Shown piece by piece: positions 38,427 to 47,888 of a stretch of 64,000 nt of DNA. Each line of letters begins with the position of its first letter. The stretch's first letter is position 1. Source of the DNA: an uncultured Bacteroidales bacterium (lineage in GTDB: Bacteria > Bacteroidota > Bacteroidia > Bacteroidales > JAGOPY01). The stretch spans positions 4,911 to 68,910 of the forward strand of contig CAZUDV010000004.1 in assembly GCA_964619555.1 (NCBI GenBank). Reading direction: 5' to 3'. The notes beneath the pieces were generated by a model. It was not told where the DNA came from, ran no database searches, and saw nothing but the letters and a program-made list of their open reading frames with translations. The position numbers and the translations under genes were made by a program.

Positions 38427-39848
38427 ATGGATCATAAAGCTTTCCGAAGCCAGGCGCACAGGATGGTCGACTGGATGGCCGATTACCTTGAGAATGTTGA
38501 ACGATATCCGGTTAAATCCCATGTTTCACCCGGAGACATTCTAAAGCAGTTACCTGGCACACCCCCTGTCACGGGGGAAGACATGGATGATATTTTCCGG
38601 GATTTTACTGACATCATTCTGCCCGGGATGACACACTGGCAAAGCCCGAATTTCTTCGCATACTTTCCGGCCAACTCAAGCTACCCATCTGTTCTGGCCG
38701 AAATGCTCACCGCTACCCTGGCCGCCCAGTGCATGAAATGGGAAACCTCGCCGGCAGCTGCTGAACTGGAGGAAATGATGATGAACTGGCTGAAAGAGAT
38801 GACCGGACTGCCGAAGGATTTCCAGGGTGTCATTCAGGATTCCGCATCGACAGCCACATTGGTTGCCATACTTTCGGCCAGGGAAAAGTATTCGGAGTTC
38901 AGGATCAACATCAGGGGATTTCACCATGAACCTTATCTCAGAGTCTATGGTTCGACGGAAACACACTCCTCCATTGAAAAAGCAGTAAAGATTGCCGGCC
39001 TGGGGAGCATGAACCTCGTTAAGGTTAGTACGGACGAACATTACCGCATGGATACCAACCAGCTTCGGGCTTCCATCGAAGCGGATATTCAAAAAGGCCA
39101 TAAGCCGATCTGTGTCATCGCCACCCTGGGTACCACCGGTTCCACCGCCATCGATCCCCTCAAAGAAATTGCTGTGATCTGCCGGGAATTCGATATCTGG
39201 CTCCATGTCGACGCCGCTTTTGCCGGCACAGCGCTAATCCTGCCGGAATACCGCCGGATGGCAGAAGGGGTGGAGATGGCCGACAGCTTTGTTTTCAACC
39301 CGCACAAATGGCTGTTCACCAATTTTGATTGTTCGGCCTATTTTGTGCGGGACCGGTCCATTTTGCTGAATACGCTTCAACTGGTACCGGAGTACCTGAA
39401 GACGCAAAACCAGGGAAAAGTAAATGATTACTGCGACTGGAGCGTTCCCCTGGGCAGACGGTTCCGTGCCTTGAAGCTCTGGTTCGTCATCCGGAGCTAC
39501 GGCATGGAAGCTATCCGGGAAAAACTGAGGAATCATATTGCCCTGGCGCAGGAACTGGAATTCAGTATTAAAGAGGCAGATGATTTCGAATTGCTCGCCC
39601 CCAGGACGCTGAACCTGGTCTGTTTCCGTTATCATCCTGCTGGAGTGGATGATGAATCTGAGCTGGACCGTATCAATGAAGAGCTTCTGCACCGGATCAA
39701 TGCCACCGGGAAAGCATATCTCACCCATACCCGGCTTAGAGGCAGGTACACGCTCCGGATGGTAATTGCCCAGACGAATGTGGCGAGAAAACATGTGGAA
39801 GCGGCATGGAAACTGGTTCAAAGTTCAAAGGGCAAAGTTCAAAGTTGA
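38427..39848 (+). CDS. pyridoxal-dependent aromatic-L-amino-acid/tyrosine decarboxylase (group II)
   Basis: ATG at 38427 gives MDHKAFRSQAHRMVDWMADYLENVERYPV. Also HWQSPNFFAYFPA, and the PLP-lysine context FVFNPHKWLFTNFDCSAYF. Confidence 0.9.
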   Translation: MDHKAFRSQAHRMVDWMADYLENVERYPVKSHVSPGDILKQLPGTPPVTGEDMDDIFRDFTDIILPGMTHWQSPNFFAYFPANSSYPSVLAEMLTATLAAQCMKWETSPAAAELEEMMMNWLKEMTGLPKDFQGVIQDSASTATLVAILSAREKYSEFRINIRGFHHEPYLRVYGSTETHSSIEKAVKIAGLGSMNLVKVSTDEHYRMDTNQLRASIEADIQKGHKPICVIATLGTTGSTAIDPLKEIAVICREFDIWLHVDAAFAGTALILPEYRRMAEGVEMADSFVFNPHKWLFTNFDCSAYFVRDRSILLNTLQLVPEYLKTQNQGKVNDYCDWSVPLGRRFRALKLWFVIRSYGMEAIREKLRNHIALAQELEFSIKEADDFELLAPRTLNLVCFRYHPAGVDDESELDRINEELLHRINATGKAYLTHTRLRGRYTLRMVIAQTNVARKHVEAAWKLVQSSKGKVQS

Positions 39849-39899
39849 GGTCATAGTTTTAAGTGGTTTGAACAATGAACTAGTTAGTATCTTTGCCGG

Positions 39900-40667
39900 A
39901 TGAAGGAAATCAGTACACCAGCCGAAAAAGATACAGCAGACACGAAAAAATCCCGGCCGCTGCATAATATTTTTACTGCGGTTCCCCCCAGCTATGATTT
40001 GATCAACCGCTTATTTACCTGGCGGCTGGATGAACGCTGGAGGAAAAAGGCAGCAGGGATATGCCTGGAGGGCAATCCGAAACACGTCATGGACCTTTGC
40101 ACCGGCACGGGAGATCTGGCCGTACGCTTCGCTAAAATAGCCGGTCCCGGCACGGAGATCACCGGTTATGACTACAGCCAGCCGATGCTGGACCTTGCTC
40201 AGGCAAAATCCGTCAGAAAGCGTACGGAGAAGATCCGGTTCATGCTTGGGGATGCGGCCGACATGCCATTTCCGGATGGATATTTCGATTCCATAGGCAT
40301 CGCGTTTGCTTTTCGGAACCTTACTTATAAAAATAAGGATTCGAAAAGATTCCTGGCGGAAATCATTCGTGTGCTTAAGCCCGGGGGCAAATTCGTGATC
40401 GTGGAGAGCAGCCAGCCGAAAAATCCGCTCTGGCGATTCCTTTTCAGGGTTTACACCAAGACAATGGTTTACTACATGGGCAGCTGGATCTCAGGAAATA
40501 AGACAGCCTACCGTTACCTGGCCAATTCGGTCATCGATTATTACAAGCCGGATGAAGTTGTTACCCTTCTGAAAAAAGCCGGTTTTTACGATGTGAAATA
40601 TATGCCTCAACTGGGAGGGGTTGCCGCGATACATGTAGCCATATCTCCCAATCCTGCAGCTATTTGA
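39900..40667 (+). CDS. ubiE: demethylmenaquinone / ubiquinone-family C-methyltransferase (UbiE/MenG)
   Basis: YDLINRLFTWRLDERWRK (UbiE N-terminal motif), SAM motif I VMDLCTGTGDLA and post-I LKPGGKFVIVE. Confidence 0.85.
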   Translation: MKEISTPAEKDTADTKKSRPLHNIFTAVPPSYDLINRLFTWRLDERWRKKAAGICLEGNPKHVMDLCTGTGDLAVRFAKIAGPGTEITGYDYSQPMLDLAQAKSVRKRTEKIRFMLGDAADMPFPDGYFDSIGIAFAFRNLTYKNKDSKRFLAEIIRVLKPGGKFVIVESSQPKNPLWRFLFRVYTKTMVYYMGSWISGNKTAYRYLANSVIDYYKPDEVVTLLKKAGFYDVKYMPQLGGVAAIHVAISPNPAAI

Positions 40668-43458
40668 TGATCTTCGGTTCACCGAACCCGATCTTGTCAA
40701 GCGGTTCCAGTTGTGTAGCAGCATCCCCCGCAACCACATAGTACATCCGCTCCGGATCAATGTATTTCTGAGCCAGGGTTTTGTGTTGTTCCAGGGTCAT
40801 TCCGGCCACCACTTTTTCCTGTTCCCTGATATAGTCTTTCGGCAGGTCGTACATAGTGATCTCCTGCAACATTCTCAGCTTTGCCCCCAGTGTTTCGAAT
40901 TCCCTGGCCTTGGATTTATTGAGTGAATTTTTGGTGAAAATCAGATCGGATTCCGGTATACCCTGCCGGTATTCTTCCATCAGTCGTTTAAAGATCTGGA
41001 CGGATTCCAGGGTTGCGGAAGAGCGTACACTGGACGAAGCAGTGAATGTGCCTTTTACGTATGAACCGGAGATGTTGGTCCGCGCACCGTAAGTGAAGCC
41101 TTTCTCCTCTCTTAAAACGAGGTTGACATTGCTGTTAAAGGATCCTCCCAGTTTATGATTCATCACGGTGGCAGCATAGTAATCCGGGTCGTACCTGGAA
41201 AGACCGGGTGCTCCGATATTTATGACCGACTGCTTGGCGCCCGGGACATCCACAAAATAGATTTCAGAAGTTGAAGGGGGCAACGGTTCCGGGTAAACCG
41301 GGAACACGACTTCTTTGGAAACCCAGTTCTTTTCCAGACCTTTGAGGGATTCCATAACCATTTCCTGAGTAATATCGCCTGCAATCTGAAAATTAGCTAC
41401 AGCGGGCGAAAAGTTCCTGATGTAATAAGATTTCAGATCTTCGATTGTGATGCCTGCGACACTTGATTCATTTCCCTGCCGGTCGACGGAGAAAATATGA
41501 TCCTGACCATAGACCAGTTGCATGAAGGCATCCCTTGCCAGGGCATTAGGATCGGCCTTAGCCCTGAGCAGCCGGTTTTGCAACCGGGATTTAGCCAGTT
41601 CGAATTCTTCCGTATCCCACCTGGGTTCCAGGAGCATCTCCTCAACCAGAGCCAGGGTTTTATAATAATTCCGGGCCAGTGTATTAGCGCTGATGGTAAT
41701 ATCGGTTGCCGAGGCGGAAATATTGAGGTATGCACCGAGCTTTTCAATTTCTTCTTCCAGCTCCAGCGGCGTCTTATTCCGGGTACCTTCCATCATCAGT
41801 TCGGTGACCAGCAGCGCCGTGCCGGATTTCTCCAGGGGGTCGAGGTAGTGTCCGCCTTTCAGCACGATAGTGAATTGGACCAGAGGTAGTTCATTGTTTT
41901 CAATCCCCAGGACCCTCATGCCATTTTCCAGTTTCTCTTCCCAGACCACCGGCAGGGTAATGGCGGGATCAGGCCCATCCATGGGCATTATCTTCCGGTT
42001 AAAGGAGGAAGGTGTCTGCGGGATTGGTCCCTCTTCCATTTCCTCGATCGAAACCTGTGTCGCATTGCTGATGTCTTCTTCTTTGACTCCTGCATCGACA
42101 GAACCTTCGGCGGCCAGGCTGAGCTGTCCTTTCGGGACAAAACTGGTGGCCAGGTAAGGTTTATCCTTGATGTATTTTTCGTAAACCCTGAGGATATCCA
42201 TCCTGGTAACAGCTTTCATCTTCTGAATATCAGTCAGATAGTACGACGGGTCACCTGCATATTCATTATAGGAGGCCAATTGGAAGGATTTTCCCAGTAC
42301 GCTTGCGATCCCGTTATAAAAACCGGTTTCCTGGCTGGCTTTGATGCGCTCTACATCTTCTTCCGTAAATCCTTCTTTCTCAAACATTTCAAAGGCCTCG
42401 AAAATGGCTTTTTCAACCTCGCTGAGACTTATCCCTTCATTGGCAGTAACAGTGATAGTAAATGAACCGGCGATTTCAAGACTGCTGTTATAAGCATTCT
42501 GGCTGGTGGTCAGCTTTTTATCTTTTTCGAGGATTTTATAAAGAGGGGCCTTTTTGCCCTGGGACAATAGTTGTCCGAGGTAGGAGAGCGGGTAAGAATC
42601 GTCGCTGTATTCTTCGACGGTCGGCCAGATCATTCTGAACTGAGGAGCCCTGGCGAAATTATCCTCGTGGAATAGTTTTTTCGTTTTATCCAGCTTAACG
42701 GGTATTGCAACAGGGTCTTTCACTTCATTACCTTCCGGAATTTCCCCGAAATATTTTTCAATAAGCTGTTTTGCTTCATTGACATCGAAATCTCCTGCCA
42801 GGACCAGGGTGGCGTTATTAGGGACATAGAATTTCTGGTGGAAGGATTTAACATCATCCACTGTTGCATTGAACAGGTCTTCCATTTCACCGATCACTGT
42901 CCAGCTGTAGGGATGTCCTTTCGGGTAAAGATTTTTAGCGACGACTTCCTGGGTAAAACCATATGGGCGGTTGTCGTATGACTGACGTTTCTCGTTTTGC
43001 ACGACATTTTGCTGGACGGCAAAGGATTTTTTAGTGACGGTATTGATCATAAATCCCATACGGTCGGATTCCATCCACAGTATCTTTTCGAGGGCATTTT
43101 TAGGGACAACTTCAAAATAGGTGGTAGCATCGTTGGAAGTTCCGCCATTGAGGGTGCCGCCGGCGTCCTGTATTAATTTGAAGAACTGGTCTTCGGGCAC
43201 ATTTTCGGAGCGTTGGAACATCATATGCTCGAAGAGGTGGGCAAATCCGGTCCGTCCTTCGATTTCCCGGTTAGACCCGACGTGGTACTGTACGGCAAGG
43301 GCAACGATCGGGTCAGACCGGTCGACATGCAGGATTACGTCGAGTCCGTTGGGGAGCTGATATTTTTCGTAATCGATTTTCACTTGCTTGTCTTCCGGGT
43401 TATTAGCAGCCAGGAATAGTATAACCATTGGCAGGAGCAAAAATAAATTTCTTTTCAT
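40660..43458 (-). CDS. M16 (pitrilysin/insulinase) family zinc peptidase, double-length, secreted
   Basis: Inverted zinc motif HLFEH in GFAHLFEHMMFQRSE, 932 aa with a second M16-like half, and signal MKRNLFLLLPMVILFLAA. Confidence 0.9.
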   Translation of the reverse strand: MKRNLFLLLPMVILFLAANNPEDKQVKIDYEKYQLPNGLDVILHVDRSDPIVALAVQYHVGSNREIEGRTGFAHLFEHMMFQRSENVPEDQFFKLIQDAGGTLNGGTSNDATTYFEVVPKNALEKILWMESDRMGFMINTVTKKSFAVQQNVVQNEKRQSYDNRPYGFTQEVVAKNLYPKGHPYSWTVIGEMEDLFNATVDDVKSFHQKFYVPNNATLVLAGDFDVNEAKQLIEKYFGEIPEGNEVKDPVAIPVKLDKTKKLFHEDNFARAPQFRMIWPTVEEYSDDSYPLSYLGQLLSQGKKAPLYKILEKDKKLTTSQNAYNSSLEIAGSFTITVTANEGISLSEVEKAIFEAFEMFEKEGFTEEDVERIKASQETGFYNGIASVLGKSFQLASYNEYAGDPSYYLTDIQKMKAVTRMDILRVYEKYIKDKPYLATSFVPKGQLSLAAEGSVDAGVKEEDISNATQVSIEEMEEGPIPQTPSSFNRKIMPMDGPDPAITLPVVWEEKLENGMRVLGIENNELPLVQFTIVLKGGHYLDPLEKSGTALLVTELMMEGTRNKTPLELEEEIEKLGAYLNISASATDITISANTLARNYYKTLALVEEMLLEPRWDTEEFELAKSRLQNRLLRAKADPNALARDAFMQLVYGQDHIFSVDRQGNESSVAGITIEDLKSYYIRNFSPAVANFQIAGDITQEMVMESLKGLEKNWVSKEVVFPVYPEPLPPSTSEIYFVDVPGAKQSVINIGAPGLSRYDPDYYAATVMNHKLGGSFNSNVNLVLREEKGFTYGARTNISGSYVKGTFTASSSVRSSATLESVQIFKRLMEEYRQGIPESDLIFTKNSLNKSKAREFETLGAKLRMLQEITMYDLPKDYIREQEKVVAGMTLEQHKTLAQKYIDPERMYYVVAGDAATQLEPLDKIGFGEPKIIK

Positions 43459-43499
43459 GACAAAAAATTTTCGATAAAGCTATGAAAAAGTTCTGTGTG

Positions 43500-43537
43500 A
43501 AAAATCGTACTACCACTATAGTGGTACTACAGTTTTT
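43500..43537. repeat. degenerate copy of the 55-nt hairpin repeat (copy 1)
   Basis: aaaaatcgtactaccactatagtggtactacagttttt. The left arm is identical to copies 2 and 3, but the right arm has decayed so the stem no longer closes. It lies in the divergent region between the M16 and cohesin-like genes. Confidence 0.7.
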
Positions 43538-43769
43538 ATTCTCTTTTTAAATCCACCTCCTTTTGAAACGAAACCATTTTTAACAATTTTTTGTATAAAT
43601 GGTAAAGAAATGTAAAATTTTTAACAAATCGGAATTACCTATTTAGATTAAAGTGATTAATGTATTGCAATCATTATCAGTAATTAAGAATGGTTCTAAA
43701 ATAGGTGAGATTAAGATCAGGAAGAATTTAACAAATACTTTTGCCAACCATATTTAAATAGTTATATAC

Positions 43770-46349
43770 ATGAAACTGAAAATATACCTTGCACTGATCA
43801 TAATGACTTTATTTGTTCAAGCTGCATTTGCAACAGATACCATAGTCAAAGTAAGGTTTAACAACCCTCAGTTCAATTGCACCACGCAAATATTGAATGT
43901 AGATGTTGAATTTCAATGCAATATTGCCAACCAGAAATTATACGGTATCAATTGCCGGTTTATTTATCCCGACAGCCTGCTGGAATTTATAAATTTCAAT
44001 GAAATTGCAACCGGATATGCTGCCACCGGCACCGTGCCAATTCAGAATGGATCCGGTGCAAACTTCGGATATACCGGCGTTTATGATTTCGTAAACAAAG
44101 CGATCAGCAAGTATGGAACTCCTACTGCGAATTTATCCACAACAGGGTGGACCAAAATATTCGCCATCAACTTTCACGTTGATGATGTCAATGCTTACAA
44201 TTCAACAAATTTATTTTCCTCTCTTACATGGGACCTGGATATTGATCAGACAGGTTTTTTAACCCCACAGGGAGTAGTCATAACCTTATGGCGAGGAGGT
44301 GATTTAAGTTCCCCGACCATTGAGCAGGTTTTTCATCATAACTGGCAGAACGATAATATTTTGGGACTTCCATTTGGTTTCCCGGTCAATAATACCAGTA
44401 TATCAACGGTCTGCGGATATGCTCCCCGAACCATCCTGCCGGAAGTTGAGCTCTTTACTACCGGCCCTGTGGATATCCCGGTGAAGGTGCTGGATTTTGA
44501 CAATATCGGTGAATTTTGCCTGACATTTGAATATGATACGACTGTTCTAACCTTTACCGGTGATACGACCAATTCCATATTTAACCCGACTAACGGATAT
44601 CTGAATATTACCGATACGATCAGCAGCGGAAGCAATCACAAGATAATCATGGCATATGACGGGCTGGGAATTACCCTGCCAGATAGTTCTGTCATTGCGA
44701 TCCTGACATTTAATACGGCTTGTGGCAGCACAAACCTCAATTGGATAAACGGCGATACATCCTGTTATTTTTTAAATAATGTGAATTATCCTTTATGGGA
44801 CTTGCCCTATTCGGAATACTATACGAATGGCAGTGTGGAGCTTGAAGTCACTGCCCCTGTTACAAAAATCGATTCCACTGTTGCCACGGTTGGTTCGCTG
44901 GTAACTTTCGCTGTCAAGGTCTGGAAATTTGAAAATATTCAATCCGGTTCGCTCACGCTGGATTTCGATCCCGATGTATTAAGCTTTTTTCAGGCCATTC
45001 CGAACGACGTTATTGCTCCGGCTTTTACGAGTCAGATTATTGGTTCAGGCCGGCTGACAATGAGTTGGACTGGCTCTAATACCACTTTGCCGGATGGAAG
45101 TATTTTATCTTACTTGGTATTTTCAAATATCGGCGGTTCAACACCCTTGATGTGGTTTGATACCGGAGCCTCGTGCCAGTATATAAGCAGCATCACCAAT
45201 ATGGCGCTGAATGATTTGCCCACATGCGATTATTACCATAATGGAAATATTGCCCCTTCGGTATTTGAATGGACAGGAGAGGTGTCCAATGACTGGAACA
45301 GTTGTGGAAACTGGGAATATGGAGTGGTTCCCGACAAGTTTACCGATGTCGTGATCAATACAAGCAGTGGAAGGATCTTAAATCCAAATTTTAACGGGGA
45401 TTTCGTGGTGGGTGAACAATGTAAGAACCTGACGATATATGGCAATACCCAGTTTTCAATTTCGGGAGATTTAACGATTGAACCCGGACATAAGGTTGAA
45501 ATGACCGGACCAGGGATACTTCAGATAGGAGGCGACTGGACCAATTCGGGCATTTTCATTCCCGGATCAGGTGTGGTGGAATTTTATGGTACTACGAATT
45601 CATCCATAGCGCAGGGTGTTCCACCCCAGAATTTTGTCGACGCTTATATTCTTAGCACCACAGAAGCCACTATGACCCAGATTACAGGAGGAACGGCTGG
45701 CCCGACCGGCGATGATGCTCATAGCGATGTAAGTTTGGGATTTAATTTCAATTACCTCGGCATTAATTACTCCCAGGCCAGGATCAATACCAATGGGTGG
45801 ATTTCGCTGAATTTATCGGGAGACGATGTTCAGTCAGCCAATAACATGATTTTATTTGATACGCTATCCCCGACTACCGTCCTGGCTCCCTGGTGGGATG
45901 ACCTGAAAGCCGATGAAAGCAGTTCCATCACGTATAAAACGGAAGGTGCTGCACCTGATCGTGTATTTATTGTCCAGTGGCTTGGAGTTCTATCTTTTAA
46001 AACCAATTCGACAGCACGGTTGAATTTCCAGGTTAAGCTCTATGAAACCACCAATGTCATCGAATTCTGTTACGGTGAAGCAGGGACAGGGACCCATTGT
46101 TCGACCGAAGGAGCGTCTATCGGGATAAAGGATGCAACCGGCGGACAGGGCAACTATCTGGAAGCAAGCCATTATTCCACCAACCTGATACTTCCTTTCC
46201 TGTCAAGTGCATATGACTGGCCGGAAGTCAATTATCTTTTCACACCACCTATAGAAAATGATGAGGATCTATTTTACAAAATGTTGATCTCAAAAACATC
46301 GGGGGAGGTGTCGATTCAAAGGGATGTGCGGGTAACCGGGCAGGAGTAG
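43770..46349 (+). CDS. secreted multidomain protein: three cohesin-like modules + NIDO-like C-terminal region, no T9SS CTD
   Basis: Signal MKLKIYLALIIMTLFVQAAFA. Cohesin-like signatures: VDIPVKVLDFDNIGEFCLTFEYDTTVLTF and VTFAVKVWKFENIQSGSLTLDFDPDVLSF. C-terminal block LGFNFNYLGINYSQARINTNGWISL ... LAPWWDDL. Domain calls are by eye. Confidence 0.7.
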   Translation: MKLKIYLALIIMTLFVQAAFATDTIVKVRFNNPQFNCTTQILNVDVEFQCNIANQKLYGINCRFIYPDSLLEFINFNEIATGYAATGTVPIQNGSGANFGYTGVYDFVNKAISKYGTPTANLSTTGWTKIFAINFHVDDVNAYNSTNLFSSLTWDLDIDQTGFLTPQGVVITLWRGGDLSSPTIEQVFHHNWQNDNILGLPFGFPVNNTSISTVCGYAPRTILPEVELFTTGPVDIPVKVLDFDNIGEFCLTFEYDTTVLTFTGDTTNSIFNPTNGYLNITDTISSGSNHKIIMAYDGLGITLPDSSVIAILTFNTACGSTNLNWINGDTSCYFLNNVNYPLWDLPYSEYYTNGSVELEVTAPVTKIDSTVATVGSLVTFAVKVWKFENIQSGSLTLDFDPDVLSFFQAIPNDVIAPAFTSQIIGSGRLTMSWTGSNTTLPDGSILSYLVFSNIGGSTPLMWFDTGASCQYISSITNMALNDLPTCDYYHNGNIAPSVFEWTGEVSNDWNSCGNWEYGVVPDKFTDVVINTSSGRILNPNFNGDFVVGEQCKNLTIYGNTQFSISGDLTIEPGHKVEMTGPGILQIGGDWTNSGIFIPGSGVVEFYGTTNSSIAQGVPPQNFVDAYILSTTEATMTQITGGTAGPTGDDAHSDVSLGFNFNYLGINYSQARINTNGWISLNLSGDDVQSANNMILFDTLSPTTVLAPWWDDLKADESSSITYKTEGAAPDRVFIVQWLGVLSFKTNSTARLNFQVKLYETTNVIEFCYGEAGTGTHCSTEGASIGIKDATGGQGNYLEASHYSTNLILPFLSSAYDWPEVNYLFTPPIENDEDLFYKMLISKTSGEVSIQRDVRVTGQE

Positions 46350-46382
46350 AGGATTTCGGGCTGTATTATTTTTTGGATGACG

Positions 46383-46437
46383 AAAATCGTACTACCACTA
46401 TAGTCGTAGTACGATTTTTTTAAAGCCAGCCGATTTC
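46383..46437 (-). terminator. 55-nt hairpin repeat, copy 2 (14-bp stem with A-run/T-run, bidirectional-terminator shape)
   Basis: aaaatcgtactac cactatagtc gtagtacgattttttt aaagccagccgatttc. It is identical to 59537-59591 and lies 25 nt downstream of the stop of 46462-47805. Confidence 0.7.
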
Positions 46438-46461
46438 CATCTCAGATAAATCGACCTTTAT

Positions 46462-47805
46462 TCATAGTTTGATTATCTTCTTCACAATGATTTGGTTTTG
46501 AAGAGATATTCGGATGAAATAGATGCCTGCGGGCAAATTACTAATATCCAACTCCAGGGTTTCATTGTTCAATTGTTCTATTGTTCTATTGTTGTTTGAT
46601 ACCAGCACCTTTCCGTAAATATCCACCAACTCTAAACTTTTCAACTCAACTTTACCCTTTGAACTTTGCACTTTGAACTTTGAGGTGGTCGGGTTAGGCC
46701 ACACCTGCACAAAATCCTTCCCCTTGTCCCCTTGTCCCCTGGTCTCCTCTACGCCACTCAGGAGGGTATACTTCAAAATGGTATTGTTGTTGCCGCAAGC
46801 ATATCCGCAATTTGGGGAAAAAAACATGATCGACCCTAGTAATTCACCGCTTTTTGGATGAGGTTGTTCTTCCCACACGACGTTCGACCAGTAATAATTG
46901 GTCTCCGGGATGTAGCCATAGTCCCAGGCATTGGAGGTATGATAGATATGGCCATCGAAGGTGGTTGCCCAAAGTTGGTTGGTATCGAGTGCATGCAGGC
47001 ACGTGATGGCGTCTTCGTCGGTGCTGTGGATTTCAGGCCAGTAGTAGTCATAATCCACAAAACCGCGGATTTCACAAAGATTTCCAATCCATCCGTGGTC
47101 TTTATCGATGAAGAAAACCGGTCCGAAGTATCCGCAATGGATTACAAATTCGGGGGTTATGGATTGCTGGCCCGGATCCCAGTAAAAGACCTGTATCCCT
47201 CCGCAAAACCAAACTGCTTCCTCCGTAGCGCTGATCCCGCTCCAGTAATTCAAATGACCGATATCGATCTGGTTAACGCCTTCGGGCGTGATCTGCCACA
47301 TGTAATAGCTTTCATCCGTTGTGACATATCCGGTGTCTGATCCTGGTGCAAATGAAATGTCAGTCACAGGACTGCCCGTTGCACCATGGTAAGCCCAGGT
47401 ATCGCCGCCATCATGGGTGACCATGATAAATCCATTGTGGTCACCAATGTATCCATTTTCGGAATCGAACATCCATATGGCATGGCAATAATCCCAGTGT
47501 GTCTGGATTTCCCAGCTCTCCCCCCCATCTTCAGTATGGAAAATGAGAAATTCCAGTTCCTCATTCTGTTGCAGGCTGGTCACCCAACCTTCGTTTTCAT
47601 TGATGAAAAACAGGTCGAGGTAACTGCCATAATAGGGTTCACCGCCGATGTAAATGGTGTCGGTCGGGGTATTTGGCATGTTGGGAAAGAGATCGGTCCA
47701 GCCGTACTGCTGCCCAAGTGCCAAGTTCAAAGGGCAAAGTGCAAAGAAAAGGCTTATGGCCAGAAGCTTGAGGCTTGTAACTGATTTTTGGCTTTTTGGG
47801 TTCAT
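46462..47805 (-). CDS. T9SS-sorted Ycf48/BNR-like beta-propeller protein
   Basis: ATG at 47805 gives MNPKSQKSVTSLKLLAISLFFALCPLNLALGQQ. Asp-box-like motifs HTEDGGESW and THDGGDTW. Shared CTD: VWPNPTTSKFKVQSSKGKVELKSLELVDIYGKVL ... NNNRTIEQLNN ... LPAGIYFIRI ... KKIIKL. Confidence 0.85.
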   Translation of the reverse strand: MNPKSQKSVTSLKLLAISLFFALCPLNLALGQQYGWTDLFPNMPNTPTDTIYIGGEPYYGSYLDLFFINENEGWVTSLQQNEELEFLIFHTEDGGESWEIQTHWDYCHAIWMFDSENGYIGDHNGFIMVTHDGGDTWAYHGATGSPVTDISFAPGSDTGYVTTDESYYMWQITPEGVNQIDIGHLNYWSGISATEEAVWFCGGIQVFYWDPGQQSITPEFVIHCGYFGPVFFIDKDHGWIGNLCEIRGFVDYDYYWPEIHSTDEDAITCLHALDTNQLWATTFDGHIYHTSNAWDYGYIPETNYYWSNVVWEEQPHPKSGELLGSIMFFSPNCGYACGNNNTILKYTLLSGVEETRGQGDKGKDFVQVWPNPTTSKFKVQSSKGKVELKSLELVDIYGKVLVSNNNRTIEQLNNETLELDISNLPAGIYFIRISLQNQIIVKKIIKL

Positions 47806-47888
47806 GGCTGATATTATTTGCTTAGACCATAGGGCATAGGGCATATTAACACTACAATCCATGCTCTTAGCCCTAAGCTCTATGCCAG
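47806..47888. repeat. intergenic inverted word arrays (CCATAGGGCATAGGGCAT ... CTTAGCCCTAAGCTCTATGCC)
   Basis: This is the spacer between two array genes. The left words and right words are approximate reverse complements. The word gggcatagggctaagagc recurs inside the signal-peptide codons at about 50721-50745. Confidence 0.55.
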
